Source: Octopus bimaculoides
Lineage: Eukaryota
NCBI RefSeq assembly: GCF_001194135.2
Contig: NC_068993.1
Location: 41,719,257 to 41,783,256, forward strand
DNA length: 64,000 bases
Direction: 5' to 3'
Shown: piece after piece, positions 1 to 12,078 of the stretch
Layout of the letters: the number at the start of each line of letters is the position of its first letter
Numbering within the stretch: position 1 is the first letter of the stretch
The notes under the pieces: model-generated
What the model was told of the DNA's origin: nothing
The model's database searches: none
The model's input: the letters and a program-made list of their open reading frames with translations, nothing else
Made by a program: the position numbers and the translations under genes

Positions 1-63
1 AGATAGTCACGTCAGAATAATAGTAGACTTACTTGCAAAAAAGGACGTGTGCGTTCAATAATG

Positions 64-328
64 TAATAATACAAAGAATATATATACATGTATACACACA
101 TATATGTACATACTTACATCTACATGTGTATATACATGCATATCAGGGTACAGGACGTTAGAACAATAAACTACAGACAACGGAACGAACACATAGGAAA
201 ACGGAAAGCCACTTGGAATATCCCTTCATCAGCTGTCTCTATTCTATCTAGACGTTTCGAAGACAAGACAAAACGTACTCTAGAATAGTCTCTTCCTGAG
301 TAGTGGATCAACCCACTACACAGAGGAT
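64..328 (-). repeat. 265-bp dispersed repeat, copy 1 (probable Penelope-like element terminal fragment)
   Basis: Aligns without indels to 32730-32994 (offset 32666, 6 mismatches by manual count). The minus strand carries CTCAGGA...GAAACGTC and CTGATGA motifs, plus a 14-mer (CTCAGGAAGAGACT) also found at the PLE 3' end (54306-54319). Confidence 0.85.
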
Positions 329-559
329 ATATATACATTATAGGCCCGAAGCGTCAGATACTCTGCCATTTTTCCTTAGCGTCAAACTAAAATACCTTTC
401 GTTGTTCCCTCCCCTGCCTCTGTCATTTCTTTTCTCTGTTTTGTACAACTTTGAACCATATGTACATATATACATGCATACATACATATAGACACGTACG
501 TAAGTGCAGTAGATAGAAAGAAACACATGCCGATGCATGTGTGTGTGGGGGGGTGTATC

Positions 560-872
560 TTTTATCTCTTACTCGTTTCAGACATTATACTGCGGCGAAG
601 TTGGGGAACAGCCTTGGAATATTTTTATTGGAATATATCGACCGCAGTACTTACTTTTTTGAAAGCCTGGTACTCATGCCATCGGTCTGTCTCTTAATGA
701 ATCAATAAGTGGTGAGACGTTAACACACCATCACTCGTTGTCAAGCGGATGGGTGCAGTCACTCGCGCGCACACACACACACGAGCACACATACACATAT
801 AGCAGAAGATGCTACATAAGCGGGACGGAACCAGGGACCATGTGCTTGGGAATGAAGCTCCTTACCACTCAG
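560..872 (-). mobile_element. SINE family B (tRNA head, internal microsatellite), degraded and internally deleted
   Basis: Tail TTACTCGTTTCAG...CTGCGG, body GTTGTCAAGCG, (CA)n, and head GGAACC...CTTACCACTCAG match the other family-B copies in the window. Confidence 0.7.
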
Positions 873-1599
873 TAAATATTTTCCCACACACATATATGTA
901 AATAAATAGAGGACGCATACGTATATGTGCTTCTGTCCGTGAATCCTATCTCTCTCTCACTCTCACTCTCTATCTATCTATCTATCCATCTATCTATCTC
1001 TATACGTATATGTAAGTATACGTATGTATGCCAAGTGATTGTTAGATAGAAACTTATGCAAATATGCATGTATGTTCGCGAGTGTGTAGTGCGTATATTT
1101 GTGTTTATGTTCACACACACACAAACATACACACATATTGTCAACGATTGGATTTGAAATGGTATTTACAATGCCTGAGAGGGGTTATTTATTCCTGTAT
1201 TGTTCAATTGTTCATACTTAGAGCGTGTGAAGTCTATATCTTTGATACTTTGTACCTACGTCATTGTGCTGTAGGAAGAGGAGGTACTATCACGTTTCCA
1301 TTCAAAGCCACTATTCCTATTGACCAGAGAGGCATGTCTGGCTTGAAACATTTAGGTCATGTGTGAATGACGCCGGTGTGTGAAAGTTTTAGGGATGAAT
1401 GAACACTGTTATGATGCATGTAGACACTCACCGTTTGCTGTCACTTCCTTCTTTTAATTCCACTTTTGCTTTGTCATGTGTATATAAGGTTTGTAAACTG
1501 AATATTTCTGTACATATTTGTTAGTTTTGTGTGGTCTCATGTTCGCTGTTACTTATGTGTATATATGTGTTGTTGCTAAATTGTTTATCGACGCGTCTT

Positions 1600-1636
<37 letters not shown>

Positions 1637-1925
1637 NNNNNNNNNNNNNNNNNNNNNNNNNNNNNNNNNNNNNNNNNNNNNNNNNNNNNNNNNNNNNNNN
1701 NNNNNNNNNNNNNNNNNNNNNNNNNNNNNNNNNNNNNNNNNNNNNNNNNNNNNNNNNNNNNNNNNNNNNNNNNNNNNNNNNNNNNNNNNNNNNNNNNNNN
1801 NNNNNNNNNNNNNNNNNNNNNNNNNNNNNNNNNNNNNNNNNNNNNNCTCTATGTATCTTATATAAACGTGCGTGTATGTGTGTGTATATATATATATACA
1901 CACACACTATTCACGCATATATTGG

Positions 1926-2075
1926 GTTTCGGTTTTATGGCACAAAGTAGAAATTTCAGAGGAGGGGTTAAGTCGATTACATCTACCCCCAGTTCTCAAA
2001 TGGCACTTATATTATCGACCCCGAAAGGATAAAAGGCAAAGTCAACGTCTACAGAATTTGAAGTCAGAAAGAAAA
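1926..2075 (-). mobile_element. SINE family A, 3' two-thirds
   Basis: Reverse complement of GCCTTTTATCCTTTCGGGGTCGATAATATAAGTGCCA...GATGTAATCGACTT, the family-A central block. Confidence 0.8.
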
Positions 2076-4716
2076 CACGGGCCAGTTACCTTTAACTTCT
2101 CATGTGCATGTTACCAAATTGGTGGCAATGTGTAAATCAATTGTCGATGGATTCTGAGAACTTTCATAACAAGGAACCAGAAAGCAATACTGGTTCTATG
2201 GGGGACCTTTGTCTTCAGCTGTCTGGAGTACTATTCTCAATTATAGTCATCCGTCAATTTAATAGCAGAACTCAAACCAGTTTAGTGGTCTTACGACAAG
2301 ATTGCCTTAATGAAACACATGAGCTTTTGGGAGAGCGAAGACGGGAGAGAGATACGGTAACTTACATATAGAATATCCTTGAAGAGTTGGCACCAAAATC
2401 TGGCACAGAGACTTATGGCAGCTTCTGAACAAGATGACACTACACTGTTCCAAAGTTCCCACCCATCTTATCTAGTGTAAAGAGCATGTACAACAATAGA
2501 TTGGGCTTCAAAACACCACAGCTATTTTCTATCGGTTCGACAAACATATATCTCCCTATCACCCCCCTCCTTCTCTCTCTATGTATATATTTATATATGA
2601 ATACACATACACACACACACACGTATATATAGAATGATATCATTTTACTGAATATGTGTACGCTAATTAACGAATGTTTTTAAAAATGCATTGAGTATTA
2701 TAGGAACTACTGAAGAAACTTTCTTCATAAAATGCAACATATCAACATTAAACAGTAATTCAGCCTTCAACACTGATTTTGAAGTTAAACCCAGTGAATT
2801 AGTTGGAGTTAGTAATGTAATGTTTAAATTGATGTTAGAACTTATGTTATACCGATGATTTCTGAAACAAAACGAAATAGTGCTACACATAATTGTTAAC
2901 ACAAGAAACCTTAATAACAGTATTACGTAAATAAAATGCATGTATAAATAAATAAATAATTAAATAAATAAATAAATATGTGAATTCTTTACATTCCTTC
3001 CTTATAATTCCTAAATTACAACATGGAGTTTATAATCCCCGTGACAAACCAAAATTATTATCTCCCTTGCAATAGCTGCGACCGTTTGCAGAACACGATA
3101 GAGACATATAGACAAGCGTTATAATTTTAAACACTTGCAAAGAATGTGACTTACAGTGATAAAGCTGCTCCTAGAATCGTAGACATAATTATTGCTGAGC
3201 AATTTCTTTATGGTTTTTATTCTGTTACTAACTTTAGTCATAAGACTGTGGCTGTGCTGGGGCAAAGCTTTGAAATCTTGTGGCGGACACAACGGACATA
3301 GAACTTATTCTTAAATCTTGTACTTAAACTTCCGGATCTTTTTTTTTCCGAAACGCCAAGCTAGGGAGACGCAAACAAACCAACATCCGCAGACAAGCAA
3401 TGCGTGGGGGGGGGCATAAAGAGCGCTACTATAAAAGCACAAACGTGCAAACAAAACACACACACACACATGCGTACACACGCACATATGTACGTGTGTG
3501 TGTATATATATATAAATATGTTTATGTATATATATATATANNNNNNNNNNNNNNNNNNNNNNNNNNNNNNNNNNNNNNNNNNNNNNNNNNNNNNNNNNNN
3601 NNNNNNNNNNNNNNNNNNNNNNNNNNNNNNNNNNNNNNNNNNNNNNNNNNNNNNNNNNNNNNNNNNNNNNNNNNNNNNNNNNNNNNNNNNNNNNNNNNNN
3701 NNNNNNNNNNNNNNNNNNNNNNNNNNNNNNNNNNNNNNNNNNNNNNNNNNNNNNNNNNNNNNNNNNNNNNNNNNNNNNNNNNNNNNNNNNNNNNNNNNNN
3801 NNNNNNNNNNNNNNNNNNNNNNTATATATATATTTCAAGTGATGAAGTACAGCGTTGTTGCTTGAAGGTTTGCAATGCGACAATTACTCGCTCACTGCAT
3901 TTGTGTCTGTGATTGCGATAAGAGGATACATTTAACTTAGTGTAGAATTTTTATCGCGAAAAACTATCTCCGTTCAAAAAAGCATGGGTTTTATGTCTGT
4001 TTGTTTTTCGCCGATGTTGATACTTTTCACCGATATGAATCAAAGATAACCACAACCATAAATACATAAATACATCCTCTCACACATGTATACATACGAA
4101 GGCATATACATACATATATGTAGCTATGCATGTATACATTCATACATTGTCGATGGATATAGGTTATAACAAACTGCCTCAGCACTAAGCTTGCGAAATT
4201 AGAATTCTTAAAAGTAGAGACGAGAAAACTAATTGGATGACTACTGATACACGCAGTCAGTGGAACTATCAAAATATGTAAAACTTTCCCAAAGTATAGC
4301 TTATAAATACACATGTGCATGCCTAGACTTGCATCTATATGTATAGGTGTATATGTATAAAACCAAACATGTAGATCTGCACAGTCACTGACTACAAATA
4401 CTTGTACACATGCTCACATACATGCAGATCTATCATGATGTTGGAAAATACGAATGAAATAGTCTTGGAACCACGTTAACAAGCAACTCTTCCTCCATTA
4501 GCAGAAGATCTATAAATCTCATATAAAGGTTCTTCCATACAATATTGTAAAACATCTGAAGGGCATTGGAACATCTGTACAAAATAGTAGATGTCTCGAG
4601 CAGGACTGAAAAACGACATCCAAAATGCTCAGTTTAGAGAAAATTATCGCTTGAAATAGAGTTGCAACCATCTTAATACTATATGAGTATATATACATAT
4701 AAGCAGGAAATATAAC

Positions 4717-5018
4717 TTTTACTTGTTTCAGTGATTAGACTGCGGCCATGCTGGGAAAACACTTTGAAAAAATTTTAGTCGAATGAATCGAACGCAGTAT
4801 TTGCTTATGCTAAGTCTGGTACTTCTATCAGTATCGTTTGCCGAATCATCTATATATATATATGACGGGCTTCTTTCAGTTTCTGTCTACATTCTATTCA
4901 CAAAGCTTTGGTCGGTCAGAGACTGTAGTACAAGACACTAGCCCAAGGTGCCATACAATGGGACTGAACCGAGAACAACATGTTTGAGAACCAAACATTT
5001 TATCAAACAACCACGCTG
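4717..5018 (-). mobile_element. SINE family B
   Basis: TTTTACTTGTTTCAG...CTGCGGCCATGCTGG tail; GACGGGCTTCTTTCAGTTTC...CCCAAGGTGCCA...GGGACTGAACC head (B-box GGTTCAGTCCC on the minus strand). Confidence 0.85.
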
Positions 5019-5041
5019 GTGTGATATATATATATATATAT

Positions 5042-5115
<74 letters not shown>

Positions 5116-5359
5116 GGGGTTGGGGAGAGAAAACTTGTTGGTTGCTTTCGGGGTAGATGCAATATTATCGATAATTGCATGATTTTGCGCTCGATGCCCC
5201 GGCCGATATCTGATGAGGAATTTGTGACTTGTGTCTGTTCGCTCGTCTTTGCGTCCGTGCATTCAGTACATTTAGTATGTCGGTCCGTCCGTTTGCTCAT
5301 TACTATATATGTTTGATTTCTGAAAATATTCACGTAACGCAACGCACTCTTTATTTTTG

Positions 5360-5416
<57 letters not shown>

Positions 5417-7578
5417 TTTGTATATTACATATAAGCACGCATGCATACATATATATATGCACACACACAAACACACACACACACATACGCACACACACAG
5501 ACACACACACACATATATGCATATGTGTATGTATGTATGTATATATGTATGTATGTATGTATGCACAACAACATTTGAATAAATATTTTCCATCTGTCGA
5601 ATTTCGTTCATAAAATTATTTGTCAGAAGAGCTGCGCAGTGGGATCGAAACGGAAACTATGTGGCTGTAAAGTAGTCCACGTCATGTGTACAGTCACCTT
5701 GGTACGGCTATAGTGGCAATAACGACAGAATTGTGCGGTTAATGTTGATGTAATTATTTGAATATGAAGAGTGTATTTCAACTGATAAATCTAATTTACT
5801 TATTTTTCAACATAATTTACTTTAGCAGAATAGTTTTGCAGAATCCGTTATATTTGTATTTATTAAAGTCTATTTCAAGATCTTCATAATAGTAATACTG
5901 AATCAGATTACAAAAGGACATTGGTTGTTAATCTAGTTCAAGAAAGCTACGTTTCGGAGCAAAAATAATGTAGCTGTCACAAATATAAACAACGAAAGAC
6001 AAGCAAGATTTGCGAAATAAATGATATGCAGCAAATATCTAGTCGAACGGTGTTGGGTGTAAAAGAAATAGATAAGATCATAACAATTTTGAATAGTAGT
6101 ATTAACTAAAAGCTGTATATACAGACAACATCAGGCTCAGTTCTCGCCGTCAGTCATATCTCGCATCAATTTAACGTCTGAGTAATATAGTTGTTTGAGC
6201 AGTTAACTTTATTATTTTCCAAGCCCAAGAAGATGAAAAGAATAGGTCGATTCTGACAAAACGAATAACCGTATAATTGATGTGCTTCGAAGGTTTCAAA
6301 TAAGCTAGTGTATGACAAAGAATCTAACTTCAGAGGACTTCTTATTTGAAGTTTATGGATAGCCATAAAAGAGGCGAAGAGTTGGTTTCTTAGATTCTCA
6401 TAAAACCTGGAATTGCTTTAATTCAGGTTTGCTGCTATGTCGTGGACCAACCAATCAAATCAATTCAACAGTAAACGGTCATTAATTGTAAAAGCAGTGA
6501 ATCTGCAAGGATTTGTTGAATTTTACAGGGTTACAATTCGGTAGAATATTGTACAAGATAGTGTTACAATATCAAATGCTATAAACTAGACGAGTTCTGA
6601 AACTTTACAAGCTGATCAACTGCTTTACTGAAGTTTGAGATTCTCTCGTGATCTGCTCAACACATGATTAATGAATATTGTATAGTTCTGACGTATCTGA
6701 ATATGCAATACTTTCAGTAAGAACTCTTTGATATTCGAGAAAATATAATTGGGTAAATTAACCTGTTAAAGACGTGACTATGTATAATAACTATGTTTAC
6801 ATATTTGTATAAGACATGTGTTATAGGGGTTAATACATAATTTATAAGAAAATCGTTAGTTATATAATGTAAAAGAAAAACACAGTCGTCTTGTGATTTA
6901 TGTGATTATGTAACAATTCCAGTACCTACAATCGTTATAACAATTCTGTCTATTCTATATATCTAGTTTGTGTGTCAGACGTAATCCGTCTGGCATTTAG
7001 ATGAATTGAGCAGAGTGTGTTGCAGTAATTCAACCTGATATCAATGCTGTTATTAGCTTCCTTCTCTCTCTATACTGTCATGGTGGCCATGTGAGGGGTC
7101 ATGGGTGCTGAATGTTCTCTGCTCTTGGTTATTAGAGAAACGTGTGCTAAATTAGGAAACTACAGTTGAGATCGAAAGCTTTTCTACGCTGACTTGGTCT
7201 TTCTCCCATCCATCTACTGGATACATCAAGAGGAGGGTTGAAGTTACTTTTATATTTAGTGGAAACTTAATGGAGGATGCATGTAGTAAAGCGAACAGAA
7301 ATTTCTGTGAAAGCAGTGCATTTAAAACTAGATAAACCCCATGCTATTAACAACATCATACATAAAAGAATACATCGGTACATTGACATAACTTTGACAA
7401 ACCATTATGCACCAGAAAAACACTAGCGAAAATATGCTGAATATGAGTCGTTATAAAACAAATGATCGCATCGGGATTACAGAAGCTAATAATGATTTCT
7501 AAAACTAATAACTTCGACAAGTGAACTGATATAATGTAAGTTATTTCGCTTTCCATTGAATATTATAAAGAAATGGAA

Positions 7579-7782
7579 GATGGCGAGTTGGCAGGATCGT
7601 TAGCAAGCCAAGCAAAACGCTTAGCGGCATTTCGTCCGTCTTTACGTCCTGAGTTCAAATTCCGCCGAGGTCGAATTTGCATTTCATCATATCGGTATAG
7701 ATAAAATAGCTACCAGTTGAGTACTGGGACTGATGTAATCAACCAGAAATTTCTGGTCTTGTGCCAAATTTTGTAACCAATA
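7579..7782 (+). mobile_element. SINE family A, near full length (about 200 bp, tRNA-derived)
   Basis: Head GATGGCGAGTTGGCAGGATCGTTAGC, B-box GAGTTCAAATTCC at 7651-7663, central GCATTTCATC..GATAAAATAG.TACCAG, tail GTGCCAAATTTTGTAACCAATA. The central block resembles the Meta/MESC-type SINE domain as I recall it (unverified). Confidence 0.85.
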
Positions 7783-7859
7783 TGTAAAGAAATAGACGTG
7801 AAAAACTTTTTCAGAATCTTTGATCTAATACTAATCAGAAAAGCATCTCTATCATGTCA

Positions 7860-7912
<53 letters not shown>

Positions 7913-7949
7913 TATATATATACACACACATACACACACACACATAACA

Positions 7950-7985
<36 letters not shown>

Positions 7986-8159
7986 TATGTGCTTGTGTCT
8001 GTGTACTCATGCATATACATGTATATATGAGAATGTAATTCTAAACATTTAATCCTAATGCATAATTAACTTCATTGATTCTTTGCAATGAAAAGTAATT
8101 ACGTTTGGCTGCCGATCCTAAAGTTAAATTAAAGCAAGTCCTAATTGCTTGGTTGATTG

Positions 8160-8290
8160 GTTATTTGGTTCGTTTGTTTGGCTGTTGGCTGTTGGCTGGT
8201 TGCTTGTTTGCTTGCCTGCTTGCTTACTTGCTTGGTGGGTTGACCGATTGGTTTATTTGTTGGCTGGCTGGCTGGCTGGCTGGCTGGTTG
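8160..8290. repeat. Compound tetranucleotide microsatellite (GGTT/GCTT/GGCT)n
   Basis: Seen directly; explains the LAGW/QPAS pseudo-ORFs here. Confidence 0.85.
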
Positions 8291-8339
8291 GTGAATCGGT
8301 TTGTCGATTGATTTCATTATATGTCCGGTGGATACCACC

Positions 8340-8462
8340 GAAGCCGACTTTACCTTTCATCCTTTCGGGTTCGATAAAATAAAGTACCAATCAAGTAGTG
8401 GGGTCGATGTAATCGACTTGCATCCTCATCCTAGTAGTGCTGACTTTGTACCAAACACTGAA
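8340..8462 (+). mobile_element. SINE family A, 5'-truncated
   Basis: ACCTTTCATCCTTTCGGGTTCGATAAAATAAAGTACCA...GGGGTCGATGTAATCGACTT. Confidence 0.8.
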
Positions 8463-8517
8463 TGAATTAATTATCGGTTGGTAAAGGGTATCCGTTGGGT
8501 ATTTGAATGGATACCTA

Positions 8518-9747
8518 CGAAGGTCGGCTGGAAATGTTATAGGCTGATCAAGCATGCTCGCAGGGAATGTTATCAAATGAGATTTACCTTTCAGCAGTGA
8601 CACCTTGTGATCCATACACTTCTTTTGTCGGTGTTGCAGTGCTTGGATCATTTTGATGAAGTAACTCTCAGCTAAAAAAATACCATCAACAGCACATATG
8701 ATGTCATCTCCCCTACGGTACTGGTTCCAGCCAATTGTTTTTACATGTTGGGGAACAGATGATAATAAGGTGGGGACAAATCAGGAGTATCAACTATTTC
8801 AAAGCCACAGTCATGAACACGGTGCTCAACTATTTCAAAGCCACAGTCATGAGAAGCAGGCATGGAAATCAAGGATGTGTGTGCTGGCATTGTGCTGACA
8901 AAAAATACATTTTAGTTAGTTTTCCTGGGTGTATGGTCTTCATAGCCTTTCGAAACTGTCTCAGCAAGTTGGCATAGCACACTCCGTTGTTGATATGGCC
9001 CTTTTGAAGATAGTGAATGAACACGATGCTTTTTGCATCGCGTAAGACTAAAGCCATCACCTTCCCTGCACTTGACACGACATTGGCCTTCTTTGAAGCA
9101 GATAAGATGGGGTGTTTCTACTGTGTGGATTATCTCTCTGTTTCTGGCTCAAAGTTATGACTCCAACACCCATCTTCGCTTAGGAAACGGTTATGTTTCT
9201 GCCTCAAACTATGTCAGGTTTTCCCATGATGTGATCAACCTGGTGTGATTTTGGTGAAGCATCAGAGGATGTGACACCCACCGAGCAGAAACCTTCGTCG
9301 TATCAAGTTCATTGTGCAGAATATATTCAACTCTCTCACGAGACATGCTATCAGCATTGGCTGTTGATTTATTTATAAACAATCACTTATTATCCATTAT
9401 TTTGCTCGGTGAAGGCTGTTGCAGGATACCCAGACCTTGGGTCATCTTCAAAAACGGCCTTTCCCCTCCTAAATTCAGCTATCCACTTTCGCACTGATGA
9501 CAAAGCTGGAGCATGAATGTCCTTGAGGGCTATATGCACTTGATAACATTACGATGCCAAATTTTGTCCATTTTCAAAAGAAGTTGCTATTAGTTACTTT
9601 TGAAGCCTTTGAAAAGTCGGTTTTCATCTTACTTCGAAAGAAACAACGCAGTTATTAATAAGAGAGTTAAAATTAAAGCATGCAAGATTTCAGAGTTCTA
9701 GCATTACTCCTTCATAGCCAACCTATGAACTTATCAGCCTACCTTCA
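8518..9747 (-). mobile_element. Mariner DNA transposon, near full length (about 1.23 kb), transposase pseudogene
   Basis: Imperfect TIRs (CGAAGGTCGGCTGGAAATGTTATAGGCTGA / CCAACCTATGAACTTATCAGCCTACCTTCA) with TA on the left and TG on the right. Minus-strand peptides: MDKIWHR (ATG at 9571), EFRRG..EDDPRSG, VSARWVSH (WVP motif), SAGKVMA..DAKSIVFIHYLQKG..N..YANLLRQ, PDLSP.YYHLFPN. Many stops and frameshifts. Confidence 0.92.
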
Positions 9748-10103
9748 TGAAACTGAAGATTTGCAGTAGAATGCCAACACATGATTAAAAAAAACAATCA
9801 TACTCCTAAAAGCAGAAGAAATTGTCTGAGAATTCAATATAATTCTAAAACCGAGAGCTTCTTAATGAAGCATTATATTAGTATTAAAACCATATAATTA
9901 ATTAACGAGTATATGAAGGGGATTAGATTTGAAAGGACAGATAAATTTAATGAATAATAAAATAGATGTTTAAAGAATATGTCTTTCCAACTAATTCTTT
10001 AGCTAATACATGAGATTTTAATCCTTCTAAGTAAATGGCGCAGTGTTAAATAATTTCTCTGTTATTAAATGAACACAACCGAGATTTATTTTAAGCATAT
10101 TAG

Positions 10104-10930
10104 TACCTTCGGCTGTGAGCTAGCTGACTCATTAACATATCCGACAAAATGCTTAGCAATATATTTTCCGGCTCTTTACGATTTGACTTCAAGTCTTGCC
10201 GAAGCCATATTTGCCTTCGATATTTTGTGGGGCTGCAAAATAAAATACCATCACGTACTGGGTCCGATGTAAACCGAACTATACCCTACTCAAAAACTTG
10301 GTATCCCCGTGCCAAAATTTAAAACAATATTAACACCTAACGCAGCGAGCTGGTAGTCTAGCATGTCGGACAAAATGTATAGCAGCTTTATTTCTAGCTC
10401 TTTACGTCCTGAGTTCGAATTCCGCCGAGTTCAGTGTTGCCTTTGCTCATTTCGGAGTTGATAAAGCAAAGTACCAGTCAATTACTGAGGTCGTTGTAAT
10501 CAACTTAACACCCTCCCCTAAAATTTTCTGGCCTTGAGTCAAACAATATTAGTATCTAAGACGATGAAATGACTGAATTTTTAGCATGTCGGACAAAATG
10601 CTAGGCGGCATTTCGTCTGTCTCTACCTAATAGCTTCAGTGTCAATAAAAGAAGTACTAGCTGATCACTGGGGCTGATGTAATCGATGGTTCCCTACTCT
10701 TGAAAATGCTGACCTTCTACAGAAGTTAGAAACCAATATTAGCCCCTAACGCAGTAAGTTGGTAATCTTTAGCATATCGGACAAAGTACTTCTTCAGGTT
10801 CTTTACGTTCTGAGTTCAAATCCCATCGAGGCCACCTTCGGGGTCGATAAAATAAAGTACCAGTCAAGTGATGGTATCGGTGTAATCGACTTGTTTCCCT
10901 CCCACAAAAAATTGCTGGCTTGGAGCTCTG
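10104..10930 (+). mobile_element. Four head-to-tail SINE family A copies (about 10104-10333, 10334-10552, 10553-10742, 10743-10930)
   Basis: Each unit has a GGACAAAA(TG) head segment and GTACCAG/GTACTAG plus GATGTAATC blocks. B-boxes GAGTTCGAATTCC and GAGTTCAAATCCC in copies 2 and 4. Junctions are ATATTA(G/A). Confidence 0.8.
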
Positions 10931-11107
10931 TAACGGACCGACGCCCAGTTTAGGGGAATGTTATGATCTTGGTGATTAAACACCATAAAACCTGACTAAC
11001 CAACATTATACGTCCTATGGCTCAAGGAAAATTTAAAATTAGAACCTAACATGCTGCTATCAGTTTTACAGATCAAAGAAACAGAAAACTTCATAGGTCA
11101 ATTGTCT

Positions 11108-11485
11108 ACGGCATAGGCGAATGAATGCTGCGTGGTTAATACACTCGCTGTGGAACTACGTGGATTCAGGTTCAGTCCCAGCGCGTGGAATCTTGAGTAA
11201 GTGTCTTCTGCTTAAGCCTCGGGTTGACTTATGCTTTTACGTGAACTAGGTATATAGAAAGTGCATGGAAGTCCGTCACATATATATGTATATATATATG
11301 GTAGTCTTTAGCATATATATATGTGTGTGTGATTATGTTTATTCCCTCGCAGCTTGATAACTGATGCTAGTTTATTTAGACCCCACCACGTAACTTTAGT
11401 GGTTCAGTTTGAGGAACCGAGAAAATAAGTACTGGGGTAAGAGTGGCCAAGCATAATCACAGTCCAATGACTGAAAAAAAAGGAA
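11108..11485 (+). mobile_element. SINE family B, degraded full length
   Basis: GGTTCAGTCCCAGCGCGTGGAATCTTGAGTAAGTGTCTTCTG head, (TA/TG)n middle, GCTTGATAACTGATGCT body, CAATGACTGAAAAAAAAG tail. Confidence 0.75.
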
Positions 11486-12021
11486 GAGGTAAATGATAAA
11501 AGATAAGGACATTGCTAAACGAACGGAGTAGAGGTTTTTGTTACGCATTTCATTTGCTCTAGCGCTGCAATCAACTTTCCAGATTAAAGTGACTGATAAA
11601 TTCGTTAGTCAGTATTTAAATAAAGATCGAACACGGAACGCAAATCCAAGATAACAGTTCAGATATTGCGGTTTATAAATAAATCTTAATTTTATAAATG
11701 ACGTTTACATTTCGGACATCAATTTGGCTTGATGGAAATGTCTGAAGGAAACTGGCTCAAACTGAAATTCAAATAATCAGAAAAGTGAAAATTGTTGTCT
11801 AAATTATAACACATGTTTGATAAATGAGTGTGTTAACAAGATGTTACATTGCAAAAGTATTTCAATTTGACAGCTACTTCGTTGATCAAATTATCCGATG
11901 GCCAGTAGGTATTTGGCTCTCTGATAACACACCTGTCAGCAACAGTGTGTTTACAGCCATAACTACACATTGAAATAATTTCCAATGAAATAATAATTGG
12001 AGTAAAAAAAAGATTACGGAT

Positions 12022-12078
12022 ATGAAATTATTTTGTTTGACAGTTATATTGTCGATGTTCTTCAACGGCCAAGGAAAG
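12022..12078 (+). CDS. Candidate first coding exon encoding a signal peptide (MKLFCLTVILSMFFNGQGK)
   Basis: ATG, Lys, a 12-residue hydrophobic stretch and small residues (NGQG), followed by AAG|GTAATA donor in phase 0. No homology recognised; could be chance. Confidence 0.25.

Noticed and set aside
226-258. Type II hammerhead using GAAACGTC (251-258) with the downstream CTGATGA (226-232) on the minus strand
   Set aside because: The intervening sequence does not form stem I in the required register, and the stem II pairing is only G-C plus two G-U.
343-357. GGCCCGAAGCGTCAG, a 3' half of a PLE-type hammerhead on the plus strand
   Set aside because: There is no CTGANGA upstream and GAAA is GAAG; at most a truncated relic.
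5209-5330. CTGATGA followed about 100 nt later by GAAAATATTC
   Set aside because: Stems I and II do not pair convincingly.
6000-6780. Possible ancient PLE remnant (LIFEKI..GKL resembling a GIY-YIG end at about 6725-6770)
   Set aside because: A single weak motif, with no RT or GIY-YIG core recognisable.
10104-10930. CRISPR-like reading of the regularly spaced repeats (also 57316-57412)
   Set aside because: The units are 190-230-bp SINEs or adjacent 35-bp tandem units without unique spacers, there are no cas genes, and the context is eukaryotic.
11874-12078. Twin 35-nt micro-exons (11874-11908 and 12044-12078), both after TTTGACAG
   Set aside because: Similarity is limited to a few codons, a better donor exists at 11905, and the second is explained equally well as part of the signal-peptide frame.
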